A stretch of DNA of 64,000 nucleotides from an uncultured Armatimonadetes bacterium (GCA_963716175.1 OY970296.1:4256001-4320000); one strand, 5' to 3'; counted from the stretch's first letter, positions 6,857 to 16,631 are shown. Notes: generated from the sequence alone by a model not told the origin. Numbers and translations are program-made.

Positions 6857-9666
6857 TGCCGAGCGACAAGGACTATCGCGACACGCTGAATCTGCCCCGG
6901 ACGGGTTTCCCTATGAAGGCCAATCTGGGGGAGCTGGAGCCGCGGATCCAGCGCTTCTGGGAGGAGATAGGTCTGTACCGGACCGTGCAGCGGGCGGCCC
7001 AAGGGAGGCCCAAGTACATCCTGCACGATGGACCGCCCTTCTCCAATGGGGACATTCACCTGGGTCAGGCGCTGAACAAGATCCTCAAAGACATCGTGGT
7101 CAAGTACAAGACGATGCGGGGATTCGACTGCCCCTTCGTGCCTGGCTGGGACAACCACGGCCTGCCCACCGAGATCGCGGCCATCCGCACCTTCTCCATT
7201 GACCGGCGTACGATTGACCCCATGGAGCTGCGAGCGCGGTCGGCGGAGACGGCGCGGCGCTATGTCGAGGTGCAGCGAGAGCAGTTTCGGCGGCTGGGGG
7301 TGCGCGGCGATTGGGAGCATCCCTACCTCACCATGGACAAGGCCTACGAGGCCGCGGTGCTGGGCGCTTTCCACCGGTTCGTGGAGAAGCAGTGCGTCTA
7401 CCGCGGGCTGAAGCCGGTGCACTGGTGCCCGGAGTGCGAGACCGCGCTGGCGGATGCGGAGCTGGAGTACAAGGAGGCAAAGTCGCTGTCGGTGTACCTG
7501 CGCTTCCCGGTGGTGTCGCTGCCCGCGGGCGCGATGCCGGGGCTGCCGAAGGTGGGACCGGTCTCCTTCGCGGTCTGGACCACCACGCCCTGGACGCTGC
7601 CGGCGGACGTGGCGGTGGCCCTGCATCCTGAGCTGGAGTATGTGCTGGTGCGGACCGGTGAGGAGTACCTGCTGCTGGCGCGGGGACGGCTGCAGCAGAC
7701 CATGCAGGACCTGGGAGTGGGGCCGCACGAGGTGGTGGGGTCGGCCCTGGGAGCGGCGCTGGAGGGCGGCAAGCTGAAGCACCCGTTCCTGGAGCGCGAG
7801 GTGCCGCTGGTGCTGGCCGACTACGTGACCCTGGAGCAGGGCACGGGAGCAGTGCACACCGCGCCGGGCCATGGCCGCGAGGACTTTCTGACCGGCCAGA
7901 AGTATGGGCTGCCCACCATCCAGCCCCTGGACGAGCGGGGAGTGTTCACCGAGGAGGGAGGGCAGTTCGCCGGGCTCTCCCACCGGGAGGCCGACCCGAA
8001 GATCGTGGAGGAGCTGAAGCGGCGCGGCACGCTGTTGAGGAGCGAACCGTACACGCACTCCTATCCGCATTGCTGGCGCTGCGAGACGCCGGTCATCTTC
8101 CGGGCGACGAAACAGTGGTTCGTGGATCTGAACCCGTTCACGGAAGAGGCGCTGGCGCTGGTGGACCGCACCACCTGGGTGCCGCCCTGGGGCCGGGAGC
8201 GAATCCGGGGCATGATCGTGGAGCGGCCGGATTGGTGCATCTCCCGCCAGCGGGCCTGGGGGATACCGATTCCGAGCCTCTACTGCTCGGACTGCGGGCA
8301 CGAGCTGCTGCGGCTGGAGGTGATCGCCCGCGCGCAGGCGCTGGTCGCCGAGCACGGCGCCGATGTCTGGTTCACCACGCCCATGGAGAACCTGGTTCCA
8401 CAAGGAACCGCCTGCCCGCAGTGCGGCGGGGGGCGATTCCGGAGGGAGCACGACATCTTCGACGTGTGGTTCGAGTCCGGCTCCAGCCACGCCGCGGTGC
8501 TGCTCACCAGGCCGGAGCTGCGGTGGCCGGCCGACCTCTATCTGGAGGGCCACGATCAGTACCGGGGGTGGTTCCAGCTCTCGCTCTGGAACAGCCTGAT
8601 CACGCGCGGCCGCGCCCCCTACGACACCGTCCTCACCACCGGCTTCGTGCTGGACGCCAGCGGGCGGAAGATGTCGAAGAGGCTGGGGAATGCGATTGAC
8701 CCCCAGGAGGTAGTGAAGGAGCTGGGCGCGGAGATCCTGCGCCTCTGGGTCTCCTACGTGGATTTCAAGGAGGACATGCCCACCGGCCATGACATCTTCG
8801 ACCAGGTGGTGGACGGGTACCGGCGGCTGAGGAATACCGTGCGGTTCATGCTGGCGAACCTCTACGATTTCAGCCCTGCCGCCGACGCGGTGGCCAAGGC
8901 CGAGATGCGAGAGGTGGACCGCTGGATCCTCCACCGGATGGCGGGTCTGGTCGCGCGGCTGACGCAGGCTTACGAGAGCTTCGAGTTCCACCAGGTGTAC
9001 TACCGGGTGCACGAATTCTGCGCGGTGGATTTGAGCCAGATCTACCTTGACCTGGTGAAAGACCGGCTGTATACTTACCGCTCCGTCAGCCCGGCCAGGC
9101 GGTCGGCGCAGACTGCGCTGTGGGTGTTGTCCACCGCTCTGGCGAAGGTGCTGGCGCCGATCTTGAGCCACACCGCGGAGGAGGCCTGGCAGCACCTACC
9201 AGAGTGGGAGGGTAAGGAGCAGAGCATCCAGCTCAGCGCCTGGCCCGACCCGGCAGAGTGGCAGGATGAGGAGTTGGGGGTGCGGTGGGAAGGCGAGATC
9301 GTGCCCTACTTCGAGCAGGCGGACCGGGCGGTGGAGGCGCTGCGGCAGCAAGGAGTGGTGCGGCAGCCGCTGGAGGCTGAGCTGGTCCTCTACTGCCCGG
9401 CCGAGCGTTGGCAGGCGCTGGTGCAGGCCCTGGGAGAGGACGATCTGGCAGCGGCCAGCGGGGTCTCTCTGGCGAGCTATGGGGGACCGGCCGAGCAGGC
9501 CCCGGCAGAGGCCTTCCGGGCCCAGGTGGAGTGGCCGCTGCGGATCGCGGGGCGCTCCTCGCCCTCTGGCAAGTGCCAGCGATGCTGGCGGCGCCAGACC
9601 TCGGTGGGCCGGGACACGGCGCATCCGCGATTGTGCGCCCGTTGTGTGGAATACTTGGCTGAGTAG
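6856..9666 (+). CDS. ileS: isoleucine--tRNA ligase, type 1
   Basis: LHDGPP, HLGQ (HIGH site), WTTTPWT, GTGAVH, WCISRQR, KMSKR, C-terminal CQRC...CARC zinc finger. Confidence 0.97.
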   Translation: MPSDKDYRDTLNLPRTGFPMKANLGELEPRIQRFWEEIGLYRTVQRAAQGRPKYILHDGPPFSNGDIHLGQALNKILKDIVVKYKTMRGFDCPFVPGWDNHGLPTEIAAIRTFSIDRRTIDPMELRARSAETARRYVEVQREQFRRLGVRGDWEHPYLTMDKAYEAAVLGAFHRFVEKQCVYRGLKPVHWCPECETALADAELEYKEAKSLSVYLRFPVVSLPAGAMPGLPKVGPVSFAVWTTTPWTLPADVAVALHPELEYVLVRTGEEYLLLARGRLQQTMQDLGVGPHEVVGSALGAALEGGKLKHPFLEREVPLVLADYVTLEQGTGAVHTAPGHGREDFLTGQKYGLPTIQPLDERGVFTEEGGQFAGLSHREADPKIVEELKRRGTLLRSEPYTHSYPHCWRCETPVIFRATKQWFVDLNPFTEEALALVDRTTWVPPWGRERIRGMIVERPDWCISRQRAWGIPIPSLYCSDCGHELLRLEVIARAQALVAEHGADVWFTTPMENLVPQGTACPQCGGGRFRREHDIFDVWFESGSSHAAVLLTRPELRWPADLYLEGHDQYRGWFQLSLWNSLITRGRAPYDTVLTTGFVLDASGRKMSKRLGNAIDPQEVVKELGAEILRLWVSYVDFKEDMPTGHDIFDQVVDGYRRLRNTVRFMLANLYDFSPAADAVAKAEMREVDRWILHRMAGLVARLTQAYESFEFHQVYYRVHEFCAVDLSQIYLDLVKDRLYTYRSVSPARRSAQTALWVLSTALAKVLAPILSHTAEEAWQHLPEWEGKEQSIQLSAWPDPAEWQDEELGVRWEGEIVPYFEQADRAVEALRQQGVVRQPLEAELVLYCPAERWQALVQALGEDDLAAASGVSLASYGGPAEQAPAEAFRAQVEWPLRIAGRSSPSGKCQRCWRRQTSVGRDTAHPRLCARCVEYLAE

Positions 9667-9765
9667 GGCAGTTTGGTTTCCCGGTGGCGCGGCCACGGTA
9701 GACTAATGCGTGCCGGTGGCAAGGTAATACGGGTCGTGATTTGAGATAGAAGGAAGGCGTATCCG

Positions 9766-10230
9766 ATGGCCGTTAAGGCTGCGACGAAAAGCAAGGCAAA
9801 GAAAGTGGTGGCTAAGCCCGAGAGCAAGCGGGCGGCGCCAGCGAAGAAGGTTCAGAGGAAAACGGCCCTCAAGGACGTGGAGAGATTCCGCACTCGCCTG
9901 CTGCTGGAGCAGCAGCGACTGGAATCCGAGCTGCAGGAGATCGAGAATCGGACCGCCCGGGTCTCGGAATCGGACCGGGCGAACGAGCTTTCCGCCTATG
10001 AGGACCATCCGGCGGACCTGGCCTCGGAGACCTTCGAGCGGGAGAAGGACCTGGCCATCGGCGAGAGCGTGGAGAGCCTGCTGAACCAGGTGCTGATCGC
10101 GCTGGAGAAGGTTGACCGCGGGACCTATGGCATCTGCGATGCCTGCGGGCGTCCTATCAGGAAGGCGCGCCTGAATGCCTTGCCGTTCGCGACTCTCTGC
10201 CTCGAGTGTCAGGACCGGATAGAGCGCTAG
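9766..10230 (+). CDS. TraR/DksA C4 zinc-finger protein (YteA-like)
   Basis: DHPADLASETFERE, GTYGICDAC, RLNALP...CLEC; Lys/Ala-rich N-terminus. Confidence 0.9.
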   Translation: MAVKAATKSKAKKVVAKPESKRAAPAKKVQRKTALKDVERFRTRLLLEQQRLESELQEIENRTARVSESDRANELSAYEDHPADLASETFEREKDLAIGESVESLLNQVLIALEKVDRGTYGICDACGRPIRKARLNALPFATLCLECQDRIER

Positions 10231-10232
10231 CG

Positions 10233-10697
10233 ATGGGGGCGTCCGCCGCCGCCCGGCGCCCTGTCGCGGTGTTTCTGCTGCTCGCAGCCGTTACCTTCGC
10301 TCTCGACCAGTTCACCAAGGCGCTGGCGGCGCGCTCACTTACCCCCATGGTGTTCCGGCCTGTGCTGGGGAGCTGGGTGGGCCTGACGCTGATCCACAAC
10401 CCCCGGTGGTTCTTCGGGCTGGTGCCCTGGAGCTGGCTGGTGGTGATAGCGGTAGTGGCCTGTGCGGCGACACTGTGGTACCTCACTCTGGGTCAGGGGT
10501 TGAGCCGGCATCCGGGTGAGCGCTTGCCGCTGGCCCTGATCCTCGGTGGGGCGCTGGGGAACCTCGCGGACCGGGTGCGGACCGGTGGAGTCGTTGACTT
10601 CATTGACTTCCGCATCTGGCCTGCGTTCAACGCGGCCGACATCGCCCTCACGACCGGCGTAGCACTGCTGGCGGTGAGGCTGCTGAAAAACCGCTAG
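10233..10697 (+). CDS. lspA: lipoprotein signal peptidase II
   Basis: DQFTK, GALGNLADR, VVDFI, FNAAD. Confidence 0.92.
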   Translation: MGASAAARRPVAVFLLLAAVTFALDQFTKALAARSLTPMVFRPVLGSWVGLTLIHNPRWFFGLVPWSWLVVIAVVACAATLWYLTLGQGLSRHPGERLPLALILGGALGNLADRVRTGGVVDFIDFRIWPAFNAADIALTTGVALLAVRLLKNR

Positions 10698-10712
10698 GCC
10701 GGGGTCAGACGA

Positions 10713-11495
10713 ATGCTGCCTACGCTCTTTCACATCGGGCCGGTGGCCGTTCGCAGCTACGGCACGCTGCTGATGCTGGGCTTCATCGCCGGCATTCTGC
10801 TGGCCGGGCGGGAGGCGAAACGGCTGGGCCTGAGCAGCGAGCTGGCGGTTGATCTTGGCCTCTGGGCGCTGCTGCTCGGGATCGTGGGGGCGCGGGGCAT
10901 GTTCGTCGCGCTCAACTGGGCGCAGTTCTCGGCGCGCCCGGCGGAGGCGCTCTACGTCTGGCAGGTGGGAGGGCTCTCTTTCCACGGCGGGCTGTTGGGT
11001 GGCGTAGTGGCAGCGCTGCTGGTGGCCTGGCGCCACCGGGTCGGGTTCTGGTCGCTGGGGGACATGGCGGCTCCGGGCCTGGCCTTAGGCTATGGGATCA
11101 CGCGCTTCGGCTGCTTCCTGAACGGCTGCTGCCATGGCGGCCCCACCTCGCTGCCCTGGGGCGTTCGGTTCCCGCTGTTCCCGGATTCCAGCATCACCAC
11201 TGAACCCAGCCACCCCACCCAGGTCTATGCCGCGCTGGGGAGCTTCCTGATTCTCTTCCTGCTGCTGCGCGTGCGGTCGCGCCTGCCCGCCCGCGGCCAG
11301 GCCTTCCTGCTCTATCTCCTGCTCTACTCCGTGTTGCGGGCCAGCATCGAGGTGCTGCGCAAAGGGTACACCGCCCAGGTGCTGGTGGACGGAGTGACCC
11401 AGGCCCAGGCGGCGAGCGCGGTCATCTTCGTGGCCGCGGCGGTGGGCCTGATCTGGTTGGGCCGCCGGAGCAGGAAGCAGCCACAGGCGGACTGA
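10713..11495 (+). CDS. lgt: prolipoprotein diacylglyceryl transferase
   Basis: GAR, GGLSFHGG, RFGCFLNGCC.G, HPTQVY. Confidence 0.92.
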   Translation: MLPTLFHIGPVAVRSYGTLLMLGFIAGILLAGREAKRLGLSSELAVDLGLWALLLGIVGARGMFVALNWAQFSARPAEALYVWQVGGLSFHGGLLGGVVAALLVAWRHRVGFWSLGDMAAPGLALGYGITRFGCFLNGCCHGGPTSLPWGVRFPLFPDSSITTEPSHPTQVYAALGSFLILFLLLRVRSRLPARGQAFLLYLLLYSVLRASIEVLRKGYTAQVLVDGVTQAQAASAVIFVAAAVGLIWLGRRSRKQPQAD

Positions 11496-11506
11496 AACCC
11501 GGCCCC

Positions 11507-12526
11507 ATGGCGGACGCGCCGGTCATCACACTGGAGGTGCGCAGGGAGGAGGCCGGGATGAGGCTGGATTCCCTGGTGGCAGCGCGCGGCCTGGGCCTCA
11601 GCCGATCTCAGATCGAGAAGCTGAGCAAGTCCGGGGGGGTCTGGGTGGCGGACCGGCAGGCCCGGGCCGGACGCCGCATGGAGGCCGGAGAGCGGGTGGA
11701 GTTGAGGCTGCCCGCGCCCGCAACTGAGAGCTTGACACCGCAGCCCGTTTCGCTGGAGATCGTCTTCGAGGACGATCACCTGCTGGTGATCGTCAAGCCC
11801 CAGGGCATGGTCGTCCACCCAGGGGCGGGCCGGGAGCGAGAGACTCTGGCGCATGCGCTGTTGGCCCGGCTCCCGGGATTGGCGGTGGGACCGGCGCACC
11901 GGCCCGGGATCGTGCACCGGCTGGACCGCGATACCTCTGGGCTGATGGTGGTGGCGAAGACCGAGGCCGCCTACCTGGACCTGTCGCGGCAGGTGCGGGA
12001 GCGAGAGCTGGAGCGGCGCTACGTGGCGCTGGCCTGGGGTAGGATAGCCGAGGACCGCGTGATGATAGCGGTGCCGATCGGCAGGCATCTGCGCGATCCG
12101 AGGCGAATGGCTGCCGTGCCGCGGGCCGGGGCTGGGCGAAAGCTGCGGCCTGCGACCACAGAGGTGCGCGTGCTGGAGAGGTTGGGCGCGATGACCCTGG
12201 TGGAGGCGCGGATCGCCACCGGGCGCACCCACCAGATTCGGGTGCATCTGGCGCACCTGGGGCACCCGGTGGTGGGCGATCGGGCTTACGGCCTGCGCAG
12301 GGCGCGGCAGGAGAAGGCCGGCCTAGATGCAGAAACCCTGGCCCAGGTGGAGGGGCTCAAGGGGCAAGCGCTGCATGCGCAGACGCTTTCCTTTCGCCAT
12401 CCGGCGACCGGGCAGAGGTTGAGTTTCTCCACGCCGCTGCCGCGGGCGATGTCGGAGCTGATCGCGCGGCTGCAAAGACGGGCAGACGCAGGAGGGCGAG
12501 GAGGTGTGGGGGGAGCGGTGCCGTAA
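11507..12526 (+). CDS. rluD: RluA/RluD-family pseudouridine synthase with S4 domain
   Basis: RLD S4 start, KPQGMVVHP, GIVHRLDRDTSG, TGRTHQIRVH. Confidence 0.88.
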   Translation: MADAPVITLEVRREEAGMRLDSLVAARGLGLSRSQIEKLSKSGGVWVADRQARAGRRMEAGERVELRLPAPATESLTPQPVSLEIVFEDDHLLVIVKPQGMVVHPGAGRERETLAHALLARLPGLAVGPAHRPGIVHRLDRDTSGLMVVAKTEAAYLDLSRQVRERELERRYVALAWGRIAEDRVMIAVPIGRHLRDPRRMAAVPRAGAGRKLRPATTEVRVLERLGAMTLVEARIATGRTHQIRVHLAHLGHPVVGDRAYGLRRARQEKAGLDAETLAQVEGLKGQALHAQTLSFRHPATGQRLSFSTPLPRAMSELIARLQRRADAGGRGGVGGAVP

Positions 12527-12634
12527 CATGGTGTCAGCATCGCAAGGGCGCGACGGCATGGAGCGAGAGCCGGCGCGAGCTGAGAGCAGAGGGCGGCGAC
12601 GCGGGGCGCGCCCAAGAACCTAGGAGGCAAAGCC

Positions 12635-13033
12635 GTGTATCCTGGCGACCTGTATTACAGCGAGAGCCATCAGTGGGCCCGCATCGAAGACGGGACGGCC
12701 ACGGTTGGCATCACCCATTATGCACAGGAGCAGCTCGGAGATATCGTGTATGTGGAGCTGCCCCGCCCAGACGAGGAGACGAGACGCGGCGAGCCCCTGG
12801 GCAGCGTAGAGTCAGTGAAAGCGGTCGCCGACGTCAACTCCCCGGTGAGCGGCCGGGTGATCGAGGTCAACACCGCGCTGGATGACGAACCGGAGCAGAT
12901 CAACCAAGACTGCTATGGGGCCGGCTGGCTGGCGAAGATTGACCTGTCCGACCCGGCCGAGGTGAGGTCGCTGCTGGGCGCCCAGCAGTATGTGCAGTTC
13001 GTGCAGCAGTTGAGCGAGAAGAAGGGCGGCTAG
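12635..13033 (+). CDS. gcvH: glycine cleavage system H protein (lipoyl carrier)
   Basis: HQW, VGITHYAQEQLGD, VESVKA lipoyl-Lys, YGAGW. Confidence 0.95.
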   Translation: MYPGDLYYSESHQWARIEDGTATVGITHYAQEQLGDIVYVELPRPDEETRRGEPLGSVESVKAVADVNSPVSGRVIEVNTALDDEPEQINQDCYGAGWLAKIDLSDPAEVRSLLGAQQYVQFVQQLSEKKGG

Positions 13034-13076
13034 TCGGGCCGGCCTGAGGAACAGGCTTCGCCCGTGCGTCGCGAAA

Positions 13077-13235
13077 GGGCGGACAAGCGCGCCCCCGCCT
13101 GTCCGCCCACCACCACCCGTAACGAGACTCTTGCATCATGCTGACAGCCGTGATGCAAGAGTCTCTGCGAGGGGGGTTAGCGCGCTGCTGCTCGAGAGTC
13201 CTGCATCACAGGCGCTGCTGCAAGGCAGGACTCTC
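13077..13235. repeat. three hairpins between convergent gcvH and hsp20
   Basis: GGGCGGACAAGCG/CGCCTGTCCGCCC (13077-13108); perfect 15-bp GAGACTCTTGCATCA/TGATGCAAGAGTCTC (13124-13165); GAGAGTCCTGC/GCAGGACTCTC (13194-13235). Confidence 0.75.
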
Positions 13236-13243
13236 CGTGGTCG

Positions 13244-13699
13244 TTATTCGATTTTCACTTTCCTCGGAGTCGCGGCCCTGGCCCGCTCGCTCTTGGGGAG
13301 ATGGATCTCCAGGATGCCATCCCGGTAGTTCGCCTTGGCCTGCTCGCTGATGACCTCGACCGGAAGCGGGATGGAGCGCTCGAACCGGCCCCAGAACCGC
13401 TCCCGGTAGTGATGGGTCTGCTCGTCCTCTTCCCGCTCGTGAGAGATCTCGCCGGAAAGGTTGATCGAATCCGGCATCACCTCGACCTGGATTTTGTCCT
13501 TGTCCACACCAGGCAGCTCTGCCTTCAGGATCAGCTCCTGCTCGGTCTCCACCAAGTCCATGGAAGGAACCCGGATCCCCTCTTCACCACGCTCCCAACG
13601 GACGAGCGGCTGGCCGAAGAGCTCACTGAACAGATGATCCATGTCCCTCTGCATGCGAGCTAGCCCACGAAATGGGTCCCATCGCATCAGGCTCGACAT
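13244..13699 (-). CDS. Hsp20/alpha-crystallin small heat shock protein
   Basis: WDPF, ELPGV, ERFWGRFERSI.LP, ANYRDGILEI.LPK; strong SD. Confidence 0.95.
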   Translation of the reverse strand: MSSLMRWDPFRGLARMQRDMDHLFSELFGQPLVRWERGEEGIRVPSMDLVETEQELILKAELPGVDKDKIQVEVMPDSINLSGEISHEREEDEQTHHYRERFWGRFERSIPLPVEVISEQAKANYRDGILEIHLPKSERARAATPRKVKIE

Positions 13700-13863
13700 A
13701 TCAAACCCCTCCTTTCCAACTCCATTTCCTTTGTTACCCAGTTAGGCGAAGCGACTAGCGGTCCATTGTGCGCTGGAACTACAAGCAATGGGCGGTGGCG
13801 GCGCATCGGCAGAACTCCCCGCAGGGCGCAGGAAGAGGCCCCAGGGCGAGCGAAGGAGGCGGC

Positions 13864-15012
13864 ATGACCGGCCGAGACGAGGGCACCTGTTGGGGGGGTG
13901 ACACCACCACGCTGGCGGTGACAACCCCGGCCGGCCTGGAAGGAGAAGCGCGGCAGGAGCTGCGCCGCGCGCTGCGGGGCGCGCGCTTCCGCAGTCTCTT
14001 CTTCAAGGGCAATCTGCTGCTGTCCGCCGATCTGCCAGAGGCCGAGGCTGTCGCCAGCATCGCGGAAGCGCAGACCCATTGTGTCGCGAGCGTGACACCG
14101 GTGCAGCGCCGGGCCGCGATCTCGTCCCACCCCGACTCGGCTTCGGCAGTGGCGGAGGCGGCGGCCGGGATCGGCCGCATCTCGCCCGGCGAGACCTTCA
14201 TCGTGCGCTGCCGCAGGAGGGGAAAGCACGACTGGAGCAGCCGGGAGCTGGAGAGCGCAGTGGCGGCGCGGCTGGCGGCGGTCACGGGCGGGATCGGGGA
14301 GTACGAAGCGGCGACGGACTGGCAGGTCACCATTCAGGTCTACCAGGATATAGCTTATGTGGGTGTGAATCGTCCGGCCTGTCTGCTCACCAGGACGCCC
14401 TTGAAGCAGCGCAAGTACCGGCCGGGCGAGCGACCGCTGAACCGGGCGCAGTGGAAGCTGCGAGAGGCGCTGGCGACGTTCGGGATCGAGCTTCCTCCGG
14501 GAGGGAGAGCGCTGGACCTGGGATCAGCGCCGGGGGGATGGGCGGCCGTGTTGGCGGCGGTAGCTGAGGAGGTGGTGGCGGTGGACCCGGCGGCACTCGA
14601 TCCGGAGGTGGCGAAGCTGCCGAACCTGCGCCATCTGCGCTGCCGGGCGGAGGCATTGGCGGACCGCCAGGAGATGCGGGGTCAGTTCGACCTGATGACC
14701 TCGGACGTGAATCGCGAGCCGGCCGAGTCGGCCGGGATCATGTGCGCATTGGCGCCCCTGCTGAAGCCGGGCGCGCCCGCCATCATGACGGTGAAGTACA
14801 CGACGAGACATCGCCAGCAGCACGAGCGGGAGGCGCGGGAGGTGCTGTCGGCCGAGTACGAGGAGATCCGGCTGCGGCGGCTGCCTCACAACGCGCGGGA
14901 GACTACGGCGGTGATGCGGCGGAAGAGGGGCGAAGGTGGGGGCGCCGAAGTACTGGCGCAAGATCGCCGCGGTGAAGGCAGTGGGATGAGTGAGGGCGAG
15001 AGGAGGAAGTGA
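13864..15012 (+). CDS. THUMP domain + FtsJ/RrmJ-like 2'-O-ribose RNA methyltransferase (RlmM-like architecture)
   Basis: THUMP TFIVRCRRRG; NRAQWKL, LDLGSAPGGW, SDVN, TVK, HNARE (K-D-K-E tetrad). Confidence 0.75.
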   Translation: MTGRDEGTCWGGDTTTLAVTTPAGLEGEARQELRRALRGARFRSLFFKGNLLLSADLPEAEAVASIAEAQTHCVASVTPVQRRAAISSHPDSASAVAEAAAGIGRISPGETFIVRCRRRGKHDWSSRELESAVAARLAAVTGGIGEYEAATDWQVTIQVYQDIAYVGVNRPACLLTRTPLKQRKYRPGERPLNRAQWKLREALATFGIELPPGGRALDLGSAPGGWAAVLAAVAEEVVAVDPAALDPEVAKLPNLRHLRCRAEALADRQEMRGQFDLMTSDVNREPAESAGIMCALAPLLKPGAPAIMTVKYTTRHRQQHEREAREVLSAEYEEIRLRRLPHNARETTAVMRRKRGEGGGAEVLAQDRRGEGSGMSEGERRK

Positions 15013-16052
15013 TGCCGAAGAAAGTGCGCGTAGGAGTGATCGGCGCAGGAGCGATTGGTCCCGCCCATCTCAAGGGCTACCAGCAAGTGAAATCCGCGGA
15101 GGTGGCCGCGGTGTGCGATGTGGACGCGGGTCGGGCGCGAGCCGCGGCGGAGCAGTTTGGGGCCAAGCACGTGTTCACGGATTACCGGAAGCTGCTGGCC
15201 GGCGACGTGGTGGATGCGGTCTCGGTGTGCACGCCCAACAACACTCATCTGCCGATCACCATCGCGGCCTTGAAGGCGGGCAAGCACGTGCTGTGCGAGA
15301 AGCCGATCGCGATGAACGCGCGGGAGGCGCGGCGGATGGTGGAGGCGGCCAAGCAGGCGCGCCTGGTGCTGATGACGGCCCAGTCCATGCGCTACAGCGG
15401 GAACGCGCGCTTCCTGAAGCAGATGGCGGAGAGCGGCCGCTTCGGGGACATCTACTACGCCAAGGGCATCATGTTCCGGCGCACCGGCATCCCGCGGGGT
15501 TGGTTTCAGGATAAGAAGCAGTCAGGCGGCGGTCCCGTGGTAGACCTGGGGGTGCACCTGCTGGACCTGATGTGGTGGATCATGGGGATGCCCAAACCGG
15601 CGTCGGCCTTTGCCGCCACTTATGATCACCTGGGGCGGGCCGGCCAGGGGATGGGAGGCTGGGGCGTGAACTACCGGCCCGGCAAGTTCAGCGTGGAAGA
15701 CCTGGGAGTGGCGCTGGTGCGGTTCGCAGACGGCCGCGGGGCCGGGGTGGAGGTCTCCTGGGCCTCGCACACGGCCGACATGTTCCTGCTGCGCTTCCTG
15801 GGCACCAAGGGGGGCGCCCAGCTCTTCCCAGAGCTGGTGCTCTACGAGATGGAGGACGGGACCAGGCTGGACGTGACCCCGCGCCCGGCTGCGGCGGAGG
15901 GATATGCCGGAGAGACCGAGCACTTCATCTCCTGCCTGCAGAGCGGGCGAGCGCCGATTTCCCCTGGCTCGCAATCGGTGGTGGTGATGGATATGCTGGA
16001 TGCTATCTACAAATCAGCCCAGACGGGGAAGGCGGTGAGGGTCGGCGCCTGA
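15012..16052 (+). CDS. Gfo/Idh/MocA family oxidoreductase
   Basis: GVIGAG, CTPN..H, HVLCEKP, GGGPVVDLGVH. Confidence 0.92.
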   Translation: MPKKVRVGVIGAGAIGPAHLKGYQQVKSAEVAAVCDVDAGRARAAAEQFGAKHVFTDYRKLLAGDVVDAVSVCTPNNTHLPITIAALKAGKHVLCEKPIAMNAREARRMVEAAKQARLVLMTAQSMRYSGNARFLKQMAESGRFGDIYYAKGIMFRRTGIPRGWFQDKKQSGGGPVVDLGVHLLDLMWWIMGMPKPASAFAATYDHLGRAGQGMGGWGVNYRPGKFSVEDLGVALVRFADGRGAGVEVSWASHTADMFLLRFLGTKGGAQLFPELVLYEMEDGTRLDVTPRPAAAEGYAGETEHFISCLQSGRAPISPGSQSVVVMDMLDAIYKSAQTGKAVRVGA

Positions 16053-16064
16053 CGCGACGCCAGT

Positions 16065-16094
16065 TTGACGAGCGGGGCCGGTCGGGACTATGAT
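16065..16094 (+). promoter_or_regulatory. sigma70-type promoter of HIT-cdaA-cdaR
   Basis: TTGACG-18 nt-TATGAT. Confidence 0.55.
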
Positions 16095-16124
16095 GGTCAG
16101 TGAGGCGGAGAGGAGGGAAGTGGG

Positions 16125-16631
16125 GTGCAACACCTGTGGGCGCCGTGGCGGATGAGCTACGTCAGCGGCGAACAACCAGAGGGCTGCATTTTCTGCACCA
16201 AGCCGGCGGCCGGGGATGATGAGGGGAGCCAGATCCTACACCGGGGGGACGTGGTGTTCATCATGCTGAACGCCTTTCCCTACAACTCCGGGCACATGTT
16301 GATCGCGCCCTTCCGGCACCTGGCCGATCCCCTGGAGATGACGCCGCAGGAGTCAAGCGAGCTGCTCTACGGGATCCGCCTGGCGATGACAGCGCTCCGG
16401 GAAGTGCTGCGGCCGGAGGGGTTCAACATCGGCGCCAACATCGGGCGGGTGGCCGGGGCGGGCTATGCAGGCCACGTCCATGTCCATGTGGTGCCGCGGT
16501 GGACGGGGGACACCAACTTCATGGCGGTGGCGGCCAACACCCGGGTGGTGCCGGAGGCGCTGGCCGACAGCTATCGGCGACTGAGGAGGGCGCTGCTCGC
16601 CCAGGAGAGGGCCGACTCGGCCGGCGACTAG
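16125..16631 (+). CDS. HIT family protein (Ap4A phosphorylase/hydrolase-like)
   Basis: LWAPWR, CIFC, PYNSGH, HVHVHVVPRW.GD.NF. Confidence 0.9.
   Translation: MQHLWAPWRMSYVSGEQPEGCIFCTKPAAGDDEGSQILHRGDVVFIMLNAFPYNSGHMLIAPFRHLADPLEMTPQESSELLYGIRLAMTALREVLRPEGFNIGANIGRVAGAGYAGHVHVHVVPRWTGDTNFMAVAANTRVVPEALADSYRRLRRALLAQERADSAGD

Noticed and set aside
6835-9195. 786-aa ORF antisense to ileS, and similar long antisense ORFs (18396-20033, 26535-28064, 55165-56637)
   Set aside because: Shadow ORFs expected from high GC3 codon bias; no recognisable motifs, and the opposite strand carries the recognisable gene.
12527-12634. Glycine riboswitch upstream of gcvH
   Set aside because: The region is short and lacks the conserved aptamer motifs.
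13700-13800. CIRCE operator upstream of hsp20
   Set aside because: No TTAGCACTC-N9-GAGTGCTAA match; the TTAGCGCGC at 13178 is downstream of the gene and lacks the second arm.
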